Source: Malacoraja senta (Eukaryota). From it: a DNA stretch of 64,000 nt. Made by a program: the position numbers and the translations under genes. The DNA lies in assembly GCA_038087875.1 (NCBI GenBank), contig CM075988.1, forward strand, positions 744,001 through 808,000, written 5' to 3'. This document shows, in pieces, positions 1 through 11,428 of this stretch (positions are counted from its first letter, which is position 1; every line of letters begins with the position of its first letter). The notes under the pieces are model-generated. The model made no database searches and was not told where the DNA came from. It saw only the letters and a program-made list of their open reading frames with translations.

Positions 1-2676
1 CACTCGGACCCAACATGTAGGGGAGAAAGAAGAAAAAGATATAAACAGATAATAAGTGGTGGTGGGTTTCTTAAATGTGTATATTTTAAAGCTAGGAGCA
101 TTGTAAGAAAGGTGGATGAGCTTAGAGCCTGGATTGACACCAGGAAGTATGATGTTGTGGCGATCAGTGAAACATGGTTGCAGGAGGGCTGTGATTGGAA
201 ACTAAATATTCGAGGATTTTGTTGCTTCAGGGGTGATAGAATTGGAGGGGCAAGAGGTGGGGGTGTTGCATTGCTTGTCAAGGAAGATATTACAGCAGTG
301 CTTTGGCAGGATAGACTAGAGAGCTCGTCTAGGGAGGCTATTTGGGTGGAACTGAGAAATGGGAAAGGCGTAGCAACACATAGGGGTGTATTATAGACCG
401 CCAAATGGGGAGCGAGAATTGGTAGAGCAGATATGTAAGGAGATAGCAGATGTTAGTAGTAAGCACAAGGTAGTGATTGTGGGAGATTTCAATTTTCCAA
501 ACATAGACTGGGAAACACATTCTGTAAAAGGGCTGGATGGTTTGGAGTTTGTAAAATGTGTGCAGGATAGTTTTTTGCAGCAAAGGGGCAGTGCTGGACC
601 TCCTGTTAGGAAATGAAACAGGTCAGGTGGCAGAGGTATGCGTCGGGGAGCACTTCGGGTCCAGTGATCACAATACCATTAGTTTCAATATAATTAGGGA
701 GAGGGTCAGAACTGGACCTAGGTTTGAGATTTTTGATTGGAGAAAGGCTAACTTTGAGGAGATGCGAAAGGATTTAAAATGAGTGAATTGGGACACGTTG
801 TTTTATGGGAAGGATGTAGAAGAGAAATGGAGGCCATTTAAGGGTGAAATTTTAAGAGTACAGAATCTTTATGTCCCTGTTCGGTTGAAAGGAAATAGTA
901 AAAATTGGAAAGAGCCATGGTTTTCAAGGGAAATTGGACACTTGGTTCGGAAAAAGAGAGAGATCTACAATTATTATAGGCAGCATGGAGTAAATGAGGT
1001 GCTTGAAGAGTATAAAGAATGTAAAAAGAATATTAAGAAAGAAATTAGAAAAGCTAAAAGAAGATATGAGGTTGCTTTGGCAAGTAAGGTGAAAGTAAAT
1101 CCAAAGGGTTTCTACAGCTATATTAATAGCAAAAGGATAACAAGGAATAAAATTGGTCCATTAGAGAGTCAGAGTGGACAGCTATCTGCAGAGCCAAAAG
1201 AGATGGGGGAGATATTGAACAATTTCTTTTCTTCGGTATTCAACAAGGAGAAGGATATGGAATTATGTGAGGTAAGGGAAACAAGCAGAGTAGCAATGGA
1301 AACTATGAGATTCAAAGAAGAGGAGGTGCGGACACTTTTGAAAAATATGAAAACGGATAAGTCTCCAGGTCCTGACAGGATATTCCCTAGGACATTGAGG
1401 GAAGTTAGTGTAGAAATAGCAGGGGCTATGACAGAAATATTTCAAATGTCATTAGAAACGGGAATAGTGCCGGAGGATTGGCGTACTGCGCTTGTTGTTC
1501 CGTTGTTTAAAAAGGGTTCTAAGAGTAAACCTAGCAATTATAGACCTGTTAGTTTGACGTCAGTGGTGGGCAAATTAATGGAAAGGATACTTAAAGCCTG
1601 GAAGGTCATGTTTGACTAATCTTCTTGAATTTTTCGAAGAGGTTAATAGGGAAATTGATGAGGGTAAGATTCAACTGTTGGGTATTAATGGTGGAGTAGC
1701 AAGATGGATTCAACAGTGGCTGAATGGGAGATGCCAGAGAGTAATGGTGGATGGCTGTTTGTCAGGTTGGAGGCCGGTGACTAGTGGGGTGCCTCAGGGG
1801 TCTGTGTTGGGTCCACTGTTGTTTGTCATGTACATCAATGAACTGGATGATGGTGTGGAAAATTGGATTAGTAAGTATGCAGATGATACTAAGATAGGTG
1901 ATGTTGTGGATAATGAAGTAGATTTTCAAAGTCTACAGAGAGATTTAGGCCATTTGGAAGAGTGGGCTGAAAGATGGCAGATGGAGTTTAATGCTGATAA
2001 ATGTGAGGTGCTACATCTCGGCAGGACAAATCAAAATAGGACGTACATGGTAAATGGTAGCGAATTGAGGAATGCAGTTGAACAGAGGGATCTAGGAATA
2101 ACTGTGCATAGTTCCCTGAAGGTGGAATCTCATGTAGATAGGGTGGTAAAGAAAGCTTTTGGTGTGCTGGCCTTTATAAATCAGAGCATTGAATATAGAA
2201 GTTGGGATGTAATGTTAAAATTGTACAAGGCATTGGTGAGGCCAATTCTGGAGTATGGAGTACAATTTTGGTCGCCTAATTATAGGAAGGATGTCAACAA
2301 AATAGAGAGCGTACAGAGGAGATTTACTAGAATGTTGCCTGGTTTCAGCAACTAAGTTACAGAGAAAGGTTGAACAAGTTAGGTCTTTATTCTTTGGAGC
2401 GCAGAAGGTTAAGAGGGGACTTGATAGAGGTCTTTAAAATTATGAGCGGGTTAGACAGAGTGGACGTGGATAAGCTTTTCCCATTGAGAGTAGGGAAGAT
2501 TCAAACAAGCGGACATGACTTGAGAATTAAGGGACAGAAGTTTAGGGGTAACATTAGGGGGAACTTCTTTACTCAGAGAGTGGTAGCTGTGTGGAATGAG
2601 CTTCCAGTGGAAGTGGTGGAGGCAGGTTCAATTTTATCCTTTAAAAATAGATTGGATGGGTACATGGACAGGAAAG
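1..2676 (+). mobile_element. CR1 LINE family A, ORF2 (APE endonuclease + RT), with internal deletions; interrupted at 2676
   Basis: ORF fragments carry [29 protein letters not shown] and YADD motifs. Near-identical to the copy at 49824-52718, which reveals deletions near 583, 1594 and 1667. Confidence 0.93.
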
Positions 2677-3024
2677 TCCTAACAGAGGTCCGAAAGCCGT
2701 TGGAGAGGTCGCTGAGGGAGGAGCTACAACCGAGCGGTAGGACTTAAAAAGGAGCGCGGGGGCTTGTTCCTAACAGAGGTCCGAAAGCCGTTGGAGAGGT
2801 CGCTGAGGGAGGAGCTACAACCAAGCGGTAGGACTTAAAAAGGAACCCAAATCGGCAACGTTCCACTTCAAAAACAAGTGGGTTTGAGGAAGCCGCTGAT
2901 TGGTGGACGCAGACAAGAGGGAGCAGCTGATTGGGAGTCAGATCCCTGCTGATTGTACTGTATTGTAGCAGTTTGTTTTGTATTGTAGCAGTTTGTTTTG
3001 TATTATATCCAGGGTAAGGGGAGT

Positions 3025-3960
3025 ATGAGGGACAGGGCAGTTTACTGTTCTGGATGTCAGATGTGGGAAGTCATGGAGTCTGATAGCCCCCCAGACGTCC
3101 ACATCTGCGCCAGGTGTATCGAGATGGGGCTCCTAATGGACCGTATTAGGAACCTGGAGCAGCAGCTCGATGACCTCCGTCTGGTCAGGGAGAGCGAGGA
3201 AGTCATTGAGAGGAGTTACAGGGATGTGGTCACTCCAACACCACAGGAGGCAGGCAAGTGGATCACGGTTGGGAGAGGCAAGGGGCACAGGCAGGGACTA
3301 GAGAGTACCCCGGTGGCTGTACACCTTGACAATAAGTACTCCTGTTTGAGCACTGTTGGGGTGGACAGCCTACCTGGGGGTAGCGACAGCGGCCGGGCCT
3401 CCGGTATAGAGACCGGCCCTGTTGCTCAGAAGGGTAAGGAAAAGAAGAGGAGGGCAATATTAATAGGGGACTCTATAGTTAGGGGGTCAGACAGGCGATT
3501 CTGTGGACGCAGTCGGGAGACCCGGATGGTAGTTTGCCTCCCTGGTGCCAGGGTCTGTGATGTGTCTCAACGTGTCCAAGACATCCTGAAAGGGCAGGGA
3601 GAGGAGCCCGAGGTCGTGATACATATAGGTACCAATGACATAGGTAAAAAAAGAGAAGAGGTCCTGAAAGGAGAATTTAGGGAGTTAGGAGGGGAGTTAA
3701 AGAGAAGGACAGCAAAGGTAACAATCTCGGGATTACTGCCTGTACCACGCGACAGTGAGAGTAGGAATGGAGCGAGGTGGAGGATAAATGCGTGGCTGAA
3801 GGACTGGTGCAGAAGGCAGGGATTCAAATTTCTGGATCATTGGGACCTCTTTTGTGGAAGGTTCGACCTGTACAAAAAGGATGGGTTGCACTTGAACCTG
3901 AGGGGGACCGATATCCTGGCGGGGAGATCTGCAAAGGCTACTGGGGAGACTTTAAACTAG
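3025..3960 (+). CDS. CR1 ORF1p: N-terminal CxxC..CxxC zinc finger, coiled coil, SGNH/GDSL-type esterase domain
   Basis: CSGC...HICARC; heptad stretch LMDRIRNLEQQLDDL; GDSIVR, HIGTND and DGLHLN esterase blocks. Open from ATG 3025 to TAG 3958-3960. Confidence 0.9.
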   Translation: MRDRAVYCSGCQMWEVMESDSPPDVHICARCIEMGLLMDRIRNLEQQLDDLRLVRESEEVIERSYRDVVTPTPQEAGKWITVGRGKGHRQGLESTPVAVHLDNKYSCLSTVGVDSLPGGSDSGRASGIETGPVAQKGKEKKRRAILIGDSIVRGSDRRFCGRSRETRMVVCLPGARVCDVSQRVQDILKGQGEEPEVVIHIGTNDIGKKREEVLKGEFRELGGELKRRTAKVTISGLLPVPRDSESRNGARWRINAWLKDWCRRQGFKFLDHWDLFCGRFDLYKKDGLHLNLRGTDILAGRSAKATGETLN

Positions 3961-6900
3961 AATGGTTGGGGGGAGGGACTCAAATAGAGAATGCTATTAG
4001 ACAGTGTGTGAGGCAGGAGGCAGAGAGGGAAAGCACTCAGACCCAACATGTAGGGGGGAAAGAAGAAAACAATAATAAACAGAGAATAAGAGGTGGTGGG
4101 GTTCTTAAATGGGTGAGCAGAGAAACAGAGGGGTGTAAAATGCGGGCGGAAGCAATAGGTAGCAAGGTGAAAGGTAAAAGTGGCAGGCAGACAAATCCAG
4201 GGCAAAAATCAAAAAGAGCCACTTTTCAACATAATTGTATAAGGGGTAAGAGCGTTGTAAAAACACGCCTGAAGGCTTTGTGTCTCAATGCAAGGAGCAT
4301 TCGTAATAAGGTGGATGAGTTGAACGTGCAGATAGCAATTAATGATTATGATATAGTTGGGATCACGGAGACATGGCTCCAAGGTGACCAAGGCTGGGAG
4401 CTGAACATCCAGGGATATTCAATATTCAGGAGGGATAGAGAGAAAGGAAAAGGAGGTGGGGTAGCGTTGCTGGTTAGAGAGGAGATTAACGCAGTGGAAA
4501 GGAAGGACATTAGCTTGGAGGATGTGGAATCGGTATGGGTAGAGCTGCGAAACACTAAGGGGCAGAAAACGCTGGTGGGTGTTGTGTACAGGCCACCTAG
4601 CAGTAGTAGTGAAGTTGGGGATGGCATCAAACAGGAAATTAGAAATGCGTGCAACAAAGGCAAAACAGTTATATTGGGTGACTTCAATCTACATATAGAT
4701 TGGGTGAATCAAATTGGCAGGGGTGCTGAGGAAGAGGATTTCTTGGAATGTATGAGGGATAGTTATCTAAACCAACATGTAGAGGAACCAACGAGAGAGC
4801 TGGCTATTCTAGACTGGGTATTGAGTAATGAGGAAGGGTTAGTTAGCAGACTTGTTGTGCGTGCCCCCTTGGGCAAGAGTGATCATAATATGGTTGAGTT
4901 CTTCATTAGGATGGAGAGTGACATTGTTAATTCAGAAACAATGGTTCTGAACTTAAAGAAAGGTAACTTTGAGGGTATGAGACGTGAATTGGCCAAGATT
5001 GACTGGCAATTAGTTCTAAAAGGGTTGACGGTGGATATGCAATGGAAGGCATTTAAAGACTGCATGGATGAACTACAAAAATTGTTCATCCCAGTTTGGC
5101 AAAAGAATAAATCAAGGAAGGTAGTGCATCCGTGGATAACAAGGGAAATCAGGGATAGTATCAAAGCAAAAGATGATGCGTACAAATTAGCCAGAAAAAG
5201 CAGCATACCAGAGGACTGGGAGAAATTCAGAGAACAGCAGAGGAGGACAAAGGGCTTAATTAGGAAAGGGAAAATAGATTATGAAAGGAAACTGGCAGGG
5301 AACATAAAAACTGACTGCAAAAGTTTTTATAGATATGTGAAGAGAAAGAGATTAGTTAAATCAAATGTAGGTCCCTTGCAGTCAGAAACAGGTGAATTGA
5401 TCATGGGGAACAAGGATATGGCAGACCAATTGAATAACTACTTTGGTTCCGTCTTCACTAAGGAAGACATAAATAATCTGCCGGAAATAGCAGGGGGTCG
5501 CGGGTCAAAGGAGATGGAGGAACTGAGTGAAATCCAGGTTAGTCGGGAAGTGGTGTTGGGTAAATTGAATGGATTAAAGGCCGATAAATCACCAGGGCCA
5601 GATAGGCTGCATCCCAGAGTACTTAAGGAAGTAGCTCCAGAAATAGTGGATGCATTAGTGATAATTTTTCAAAACTCTTTAGATTCTGGAGTAGTTCCTG
5701 AGGATTGGAGGGTAGCAAACGTAACCCCACTTTTTAAGAAGGGAGGGAGAGAGAAAACGGGGAATTACAGACCAGTTAGTCTAACATCGGTAGTGGGGAA
5801 ACTGCTAGAGTCAGTTATTAAAGATGGGATAGCAGCACATTTGGAAAGTGGTGAAATCATTGGACAAAGTCAGCATGGATTTACGAAAGGTAAATCGTGT
5901 CTGACGAATCTTATAGAATTTTTCGAGGATGTAACTAGTAGAGTGGATAGGGGAGAACCAGTGGATGTGTTGTATCTGGACTTTCAGAAGGCTTTCGACA
6001 AGGTACCACATAAGAGATTAGGATACAAACTTAAATCACACGGTATTGGGGGTTCAGTATTGATGTGGATAGAGAACTGGCTGGCAAACAGGAAGCAAAG
6101 AGTAGGAGTAAACGGGTCCTTTTCACAATGGCAGGCAGTGACTAGTGGGGTACCGCAAGGCTCAGTGCTGGGACCCCAGCTATTTACAATTTATATTAAT
6201 GATCTGGACGAGGGAATTGAAAGCAACATCTCCAAGTTTGCGGATGACACTAAGCTGGGGGGCAGTGTTAGCTGTGAGGAGGATGCTAGGAGACTGCAAG
6301 GTGACTTGGATAGGTTGGGTGAGTGGGCAAATGTTTGGCAGATGCAGTATAATGTGGATAAATGTGAGGTTATCCACTTTGGTAGCAAAAACGGGAAGGC
6401 AGACTATTATCTAAATGGTGGCCGATTAGGAAATGGGGAGATGCAGCGAGACCTGGGTGTCATGGTACACCAGTCATTGAAAGTAGGCATGCAGGTGCAG
6501 CAGGCAGTGAAGAAAGCGAATGGTATGTTGGCCTTCATAGCAAGAGGATTTGAGTATAGGAGCAGGGAGGTTCTACTGCAGTTGTACAGGGTCTTGGTGA
6601 GACCACACCTGGAGTATTGCGTATAGTTTTGGTCTCCAAATCTGAGGAAGGACATTATAGCCATAGAGGGAGTGCAGAGAAGGTTCACCAGACTGATTCC
6701 TGGGATGTCAGGACTTTCATATGAAGAAAGACTGGATAGACTTGGCTTATACTCGCTAGAATTTAGGAGATTGAGAGGGGATCTTATAGAAACGTACAAA
6801 ATTCTTATGGGGTTGGACAGGCTAGATGCAGGAAGATTGTTCCCGATGTTGGGGAAGTCCAGGACAAGGGGTCACAGCTTAAGGATAAGGGGGAAATCCT

Positions 6901-7076
6901 TTAAGACCGAGATGAGGAAAAACTTTTTCACACAGAGAGTGGTGAATCTCTGGAACTCTCTGCCACAGAGGGTAGTTGAGGCCAGTTCATTGGCTATATT
7001 TAAGAGGGAATTAGATGTGGCCCTTGTGGCTAAAGGGGTCAGGGGGTATGGAGAGAAGGCAGGTACGGGATACTGA
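3951..7076 (+). pseudogene. CR1 ORF2p (APE endonuclease + reverse transcriptase), interrupted by a single nonsense codon
   Basis: ORFs 3777-6626 and 6672-7076 share one frame. TAG at 6624-6626 is CAG in a sister copy (gtacagttttgg near 54863). LNARS, ETWL, GDFN, QHGF, QGSVLGP and FADD motifs are present. Confidence 0.92.
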
Positions 7077-7178
7077 GTTGGATGATCAGCCATGATCGTA
7101 TTGAATGGCGGTGCAGGCTCGAAGGGCCGAATGGCCTACTCCTGCACCTATTTTCTATGTATCTATGTATCTATGTAT

Positions 7179-7291
7179 AAAGGAATGGATGGGTTATGGT
7201 CTGAGTGCAGGTAGATGGGACTAGGGGGAAGTTTTTTAAAAAAGGTGTTCGGCACGGACTTGAAGGGCCGAGGTGGCCTGTTTCCGTGCTG
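7179..7291 (+). mobile_element. 3' end of the family A CR1 that starts at position 1 (resumes after the nested insertion)
   Basis: aaaggaatggatgggttatggtctg... continues where 2676 stopped (compare 52563 onward) and ends in a (TTATATGG)n-like tail. Confidence 0.9.
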
Positions 7292-7869
7292 TTATGGTTA
7301 TATGGTTATATGTTGATTTGATTGCCTGTTACTGTTTGACTGTGTTAGTGTGTACACATTAAAAATTATGCAAAATGATAGTCGCAAACTATGGAATACA
7401 TATTTTTCAGTGTTGTTATCAAGGAAAAGAAAGCAGTTCCAATTGTTTGATATTATTCGTATGGAGGAAAAAATATAATTGCTCTAAAACCTACCTTAAT
7501 TTGACAATCTTACTAAAGTTAATCCCTTTTTCCCTCCCCCCTCCTCCTTCCCCCTCCACCTCTCTCTCCCTCACCCTCTCTCTCCCCCTCCCCATCCCCC
7601 CTCTCTCTCCCTCCCACGCAGCGAGGTTCCGACTCCACACCACAGACACAGCAGCCCCCCCCCAGCCCGGAGAAACGGGCACTCTCGCAACGCAATATTC
7701 CACTACTTACCTGGAGTAGACACCAAGGATCTTTGGTAGACACGAGGCATGGAGGTGATTGTGTGGAGTGCAAATGGAGATCTGAACGCGCCCGGGCCCA
7801 CTGCGCACGCGCGGGGAGACAGCGTCATTTTGCGTCACTACTGTGTCACCGGCTGAAGAAGAAACTGCA

Positions 7870-9822
7870 GCAAAGAGAAGCAGGAAAAAGCATTGATTGG
7901 CTCTAGATCGAGTGGGAGGACAGTTAGAAGTTTGTCATTTGGGGAAAACAGTTTAAAACTGAGGAGTTTGGTTGTAAATTGGTAAATTAGGCAATTTATC
8001 AGTCAATATAAGCAAGACGGCTCTTAGGGAGTGGCAGTGAGGGAAGTGCCTTGTGAGGGAAGTGCGAGTCTTGGGCGAGGAGGCTGAGGGGAGGAGACTA
8101 CGCAAATCGCTGGAGAGGGAGTGACGAAAGAAGGAGATATCAGGCAAGCTGATTCAGTGTGATGCTTGCAGTATGTGGGAGGTCAAGGACACCGCTGGTG
8201 CCTCTGGCTGCTACAAGTGTGAGAAGTGCATCCAGGTACAGCTCCTGAAGGACCGTGTTGGGGAACTGGAGAAGCAAGTGACCTCAGGTTTGTCCGAGAG
8301 GCTGAGTCGTTCCACGACGAGTCCTACAGCAAGATTGTTACACCTAAGGTACTGGAAGGGGGACGGTGGGTGACAGTGAGAAAGGGAAGTAAACATGGAA
8401 TGCACAGGTCCCCGGGTGTTGTACCTCTTGTGAACAGGTTCACCCACTTAAAAGCTGTCGGGACAGAAGACGTTATCACACTGAGCGGTGGACTGGCTTG
8501 CGATGCAAAAAGTGCTGTTGAGCCAAAACCAAAGAGGCCAACGTCAGGCAACGCAGTGGTGGTTGGAGACTCCATTGTGAGAGGTACGGACAGGGGTTTC
8601 TGCGGCAACAGACGGGATTCGAGGATGGTGTGCTGCCTCCCTGGTGCCAGGCTCCAGGATGTCACGGACAGAGTGCAGAAAATCCTCAAGGGCGAAGGTG
8701 AACAGCCGGAAGTTGTAGTGCATGTTGGCACAAACGATGTCGGAAAGAAGGGGATGAATATTCTGAAGCGTGACTTTAGAGAGCTCGGAAAAATGCTGAA
8801 ATGCAGGACCTCCAGGGTGGATATCTCCGGTTTGCTTCCAGTTCCTCGTGCTGGCGAGAGCAGGAACAGGGAGATACAGGATCTGAATGTGTGGCTGAGG
8901 AACTGGTGCAGGGGGCTGAGATTTAGATTCTTAGACCACTGGGATATATTTTGGAGTAAGGGGGAACTGTACAAAAGGGACGGATTGCACCTTAACAGGT
9001 GGGGGGCCGGCATTCTGGCAGTGCGACACAGGTGGTTTTAAACTGAATAAGGGGGGTTGTCAAATGGGATAGTCAAGGACGGAGTTAAAGGGAAAGGGAG
9101 TAAAGGGATAGTTAATGACCCCAGAATTAACGGGAAAGAAAGCTCACAAAGGGATAGGAGAATATGGCCAAGTGTAGTAGGGATCGATGTGAATGGTGAG
9201 ATGCGTAAGGAATTAAAAGTACTGTATTTGAATGCGCGAAGTATAAGAAGTAAAGTAGATGAGCTTGAGGCTCAGTTAGAGGTTGGTAGATATGACATTG
9301 TGGGGATTACTGAGACGTGGCTGCAGGAGGATCGGGCCTGGGAACTTAATATTCAGGGTTATACATCCTATAGAAAGGACAGGCAGGTGGGCAGAGGAGG
9401 GGGGGGGTAGCTCTGCTGGTGAGGAATTGAATTCAGTCCCTTGCGAGGGAAGACATAGGGACTGACGAGGTCACTGTGGATTGAGTTGAGGAATTGCAAA
9501 GGAAAGAGGACACTAATTGGTGTTATCTACAGACCCCCAAATAGTAGCCCGGATGTAGGGTGTAAGTTGCAGCAGGAGTTAAAACTGGCATGTAACAAAG
9601 GTAATGCCACTGTGGTGATGGGGGATTTCAATATGCAGGTAGACTGGGAAAATCAGGTTGGTTCAGGACCCCAAGAAAGAGAGTTTGTAGAATGCCTCCG
9701 AGATGGATTTTTAGAGCAGCTTGTAATGGAGCCGACCAGAGAAAAGGCAATTCTAGATTTAGTGTTGTCCAATGAACCAAATTTGACAAGAGAACTCGAG
9801 GTAAAGGAACCGCTTGGAGTTA
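7870..9822 (+). mobile_element. CR1 family C, 5' half (5' UTR, frameshifted esterase ORF1, start of ORF2 endonuclease); 3' part lost
   Basis: CDAC..CEKC zinc finger, GDSIVR/HVGTND/DGLHLN, then YLNARSI, ETWL, YRPPN and GDFN in successive frames. Confidence 0.88.
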
Positions 9823-9849
9823 GGGATAGAATAAAAATAAAATAAAAGA

Positions 9850-11428
9850 TGTATAACACCTCGTCTGCTGCCTACCACTGTCGTGGCCTTCCGCTGCTTC
9901 CGCTCCCCACCAGCTTCAGAAGGGGGCTGGTGGGGCGGGAAGCGTCCTGCAGTGGGGGAGGGGACGGCTTAAGGAGGGGGCTGTCAGGGGCCGGAGGGTA
10001 AGCGTCCTATAGCCAGGAGAGGGGGCCGGCTTCAGGTGGGGGCTGTGGAGGGCTGTGGCTGTGGCTAGTACAGGTGTTGTGGGCCGGAGGGACTGGTTTC
10101 CATAGTGCTAGTAGAATATTGTGGGCCAAATGGACTTATTGGACTAGTACGGTTGTTGTGGGCCAAATGAACTGCAGCTGGGGACGGCTTCGGGCGAGGA
10201 GCGTTCTGTAACCGGGGGAGGGGAACGGTTTCAGGCGGGGCCGGCGTCGAGCGTCCTGAAGTCGGGGTAGGGGGACGACTTTAGGCGTGGGTCGGTGGAG
10301 GGAGGGGGGGAGAAAATTGTCCTGCAGCTGGGGACGGGGTCGGCTTCTGGCGGGGACTGTGGGGGGACCGCTGCCCTGGCCTACGCCTGCCTGCCGCTGT
10401 CGTGGCCTGTCGCTGCTGCTCCCCACTGGCTTCAGGCGCGGACCGATGGGGAACATCCTACAGCTGGGGACGGCATCGGGTGGGGGCTGTCGGGGGCTGG
10501 TGGGAGAGCGTACTGCAGCCGGGGGAGGAGGAGGAGGACATCAGGCGGTGGATGGTCCGGAGGGGGGCTTCCTGGAGGGCTAGAACGGGTGGTGTAGTCC
10601 AGTAGGCTAGTACGGATATTATGGGCCAAATGGACTTTTCTTGGGCTACTGCACGTTATGGGCCGGAGGTCTGGTTTCCGGAGGGCTAGTAGGACATTGT
10701 TGGCTGAACGGACTTTGTTGGGCTAGTACAGGTGTTGTGGATCGAATGGACTGCAGCTGGGGACTGCTTCAGGCTGGGGCTGGCGGAAAGCATTCTGAAG
10801 CCGGGGAGGGGGACGGCCTCGGGCACAGCCGATGTGCGGGGGGGGGGGGGATGGCACTGCCGTGGCCTACCGCTGGGGGTGTTCGAGGGAGGGGGTGATC
10901 GGGGGTGGTGTGCCCACCAGCGCCCGGCCCCTGCCAGCCTCCCTCAATTCCCCTACACTCACTCCTCACTTCCCCAGGATCTCGAGGTTGCAGCAGTCGG
11001 CCTTGCAATCGGCCAGGCTCCGGTCCGCTCCGGGCTCCCCGACTCGGCGCCGCCTTCGGGGTTGACGGGTTCGGGGCGGCTCCGAGACTCACTGACTCTG
11101 GACGGCTCCTGGACTCACTGACTCTGGACGGCTCCTGGACTCAGCCCGACCTCCGGGGCTTTCTTCTCCTTGCTCCGGTGATTGACAGCAGATTCAGGAA
11201 GGGGCATTACCGTCGCGGTGACTCACAGGAGAGAAGACCAATCTGCTGATCTTACGACTTTTAAACCTCCATAACTTTTGTAATATTCCACAAAACTTGA
11301 TGCGCTTGTAGCACAGAATGGTAAGGTGGCAAAAAATCGTAGCGCTATCAGGTACCGTTTTTTGCGCAAATGTAAAAACAACGCAAACCGGAAGAGGACA
11401 AGATGAGTTTTAATTAAGTATAGATAGA
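9850..11428 (-). mobile_element. Non-autonomous Helitron-like element filled with GC-rich minisatellites
   Basis: Minus-strand start A|TCTATCTATACTTAATTAAAACTCATCTTG (TC terminus after an A). 11190-11410 is homologous in reverse to 28650-28900, and it shares the cctgaagccgtcccc units. Confidence 0.55.

Larger units (their letters stand above)
2677..7178 (+). mobile_element. Full-length-like nested CR1 (5' UTR, ORF1, ORF2, (TCTATGTA)n tail); A/B chimera
   Basis: Flanked by AAAG at 2673-2676 and 7179-7182. Contains a duplicated 5' UTR unit, ORF1, ORF2, a CR1 3' UTR and an octamer tail. Confidence 0.92.

Noticed and set aside
10136..11249. Cluster of overlapping Gly/Pro/Arg-rich ORFs
   Set aside because: Same GC-rich repeat family as 27-31 kb; an artefact of base composition.
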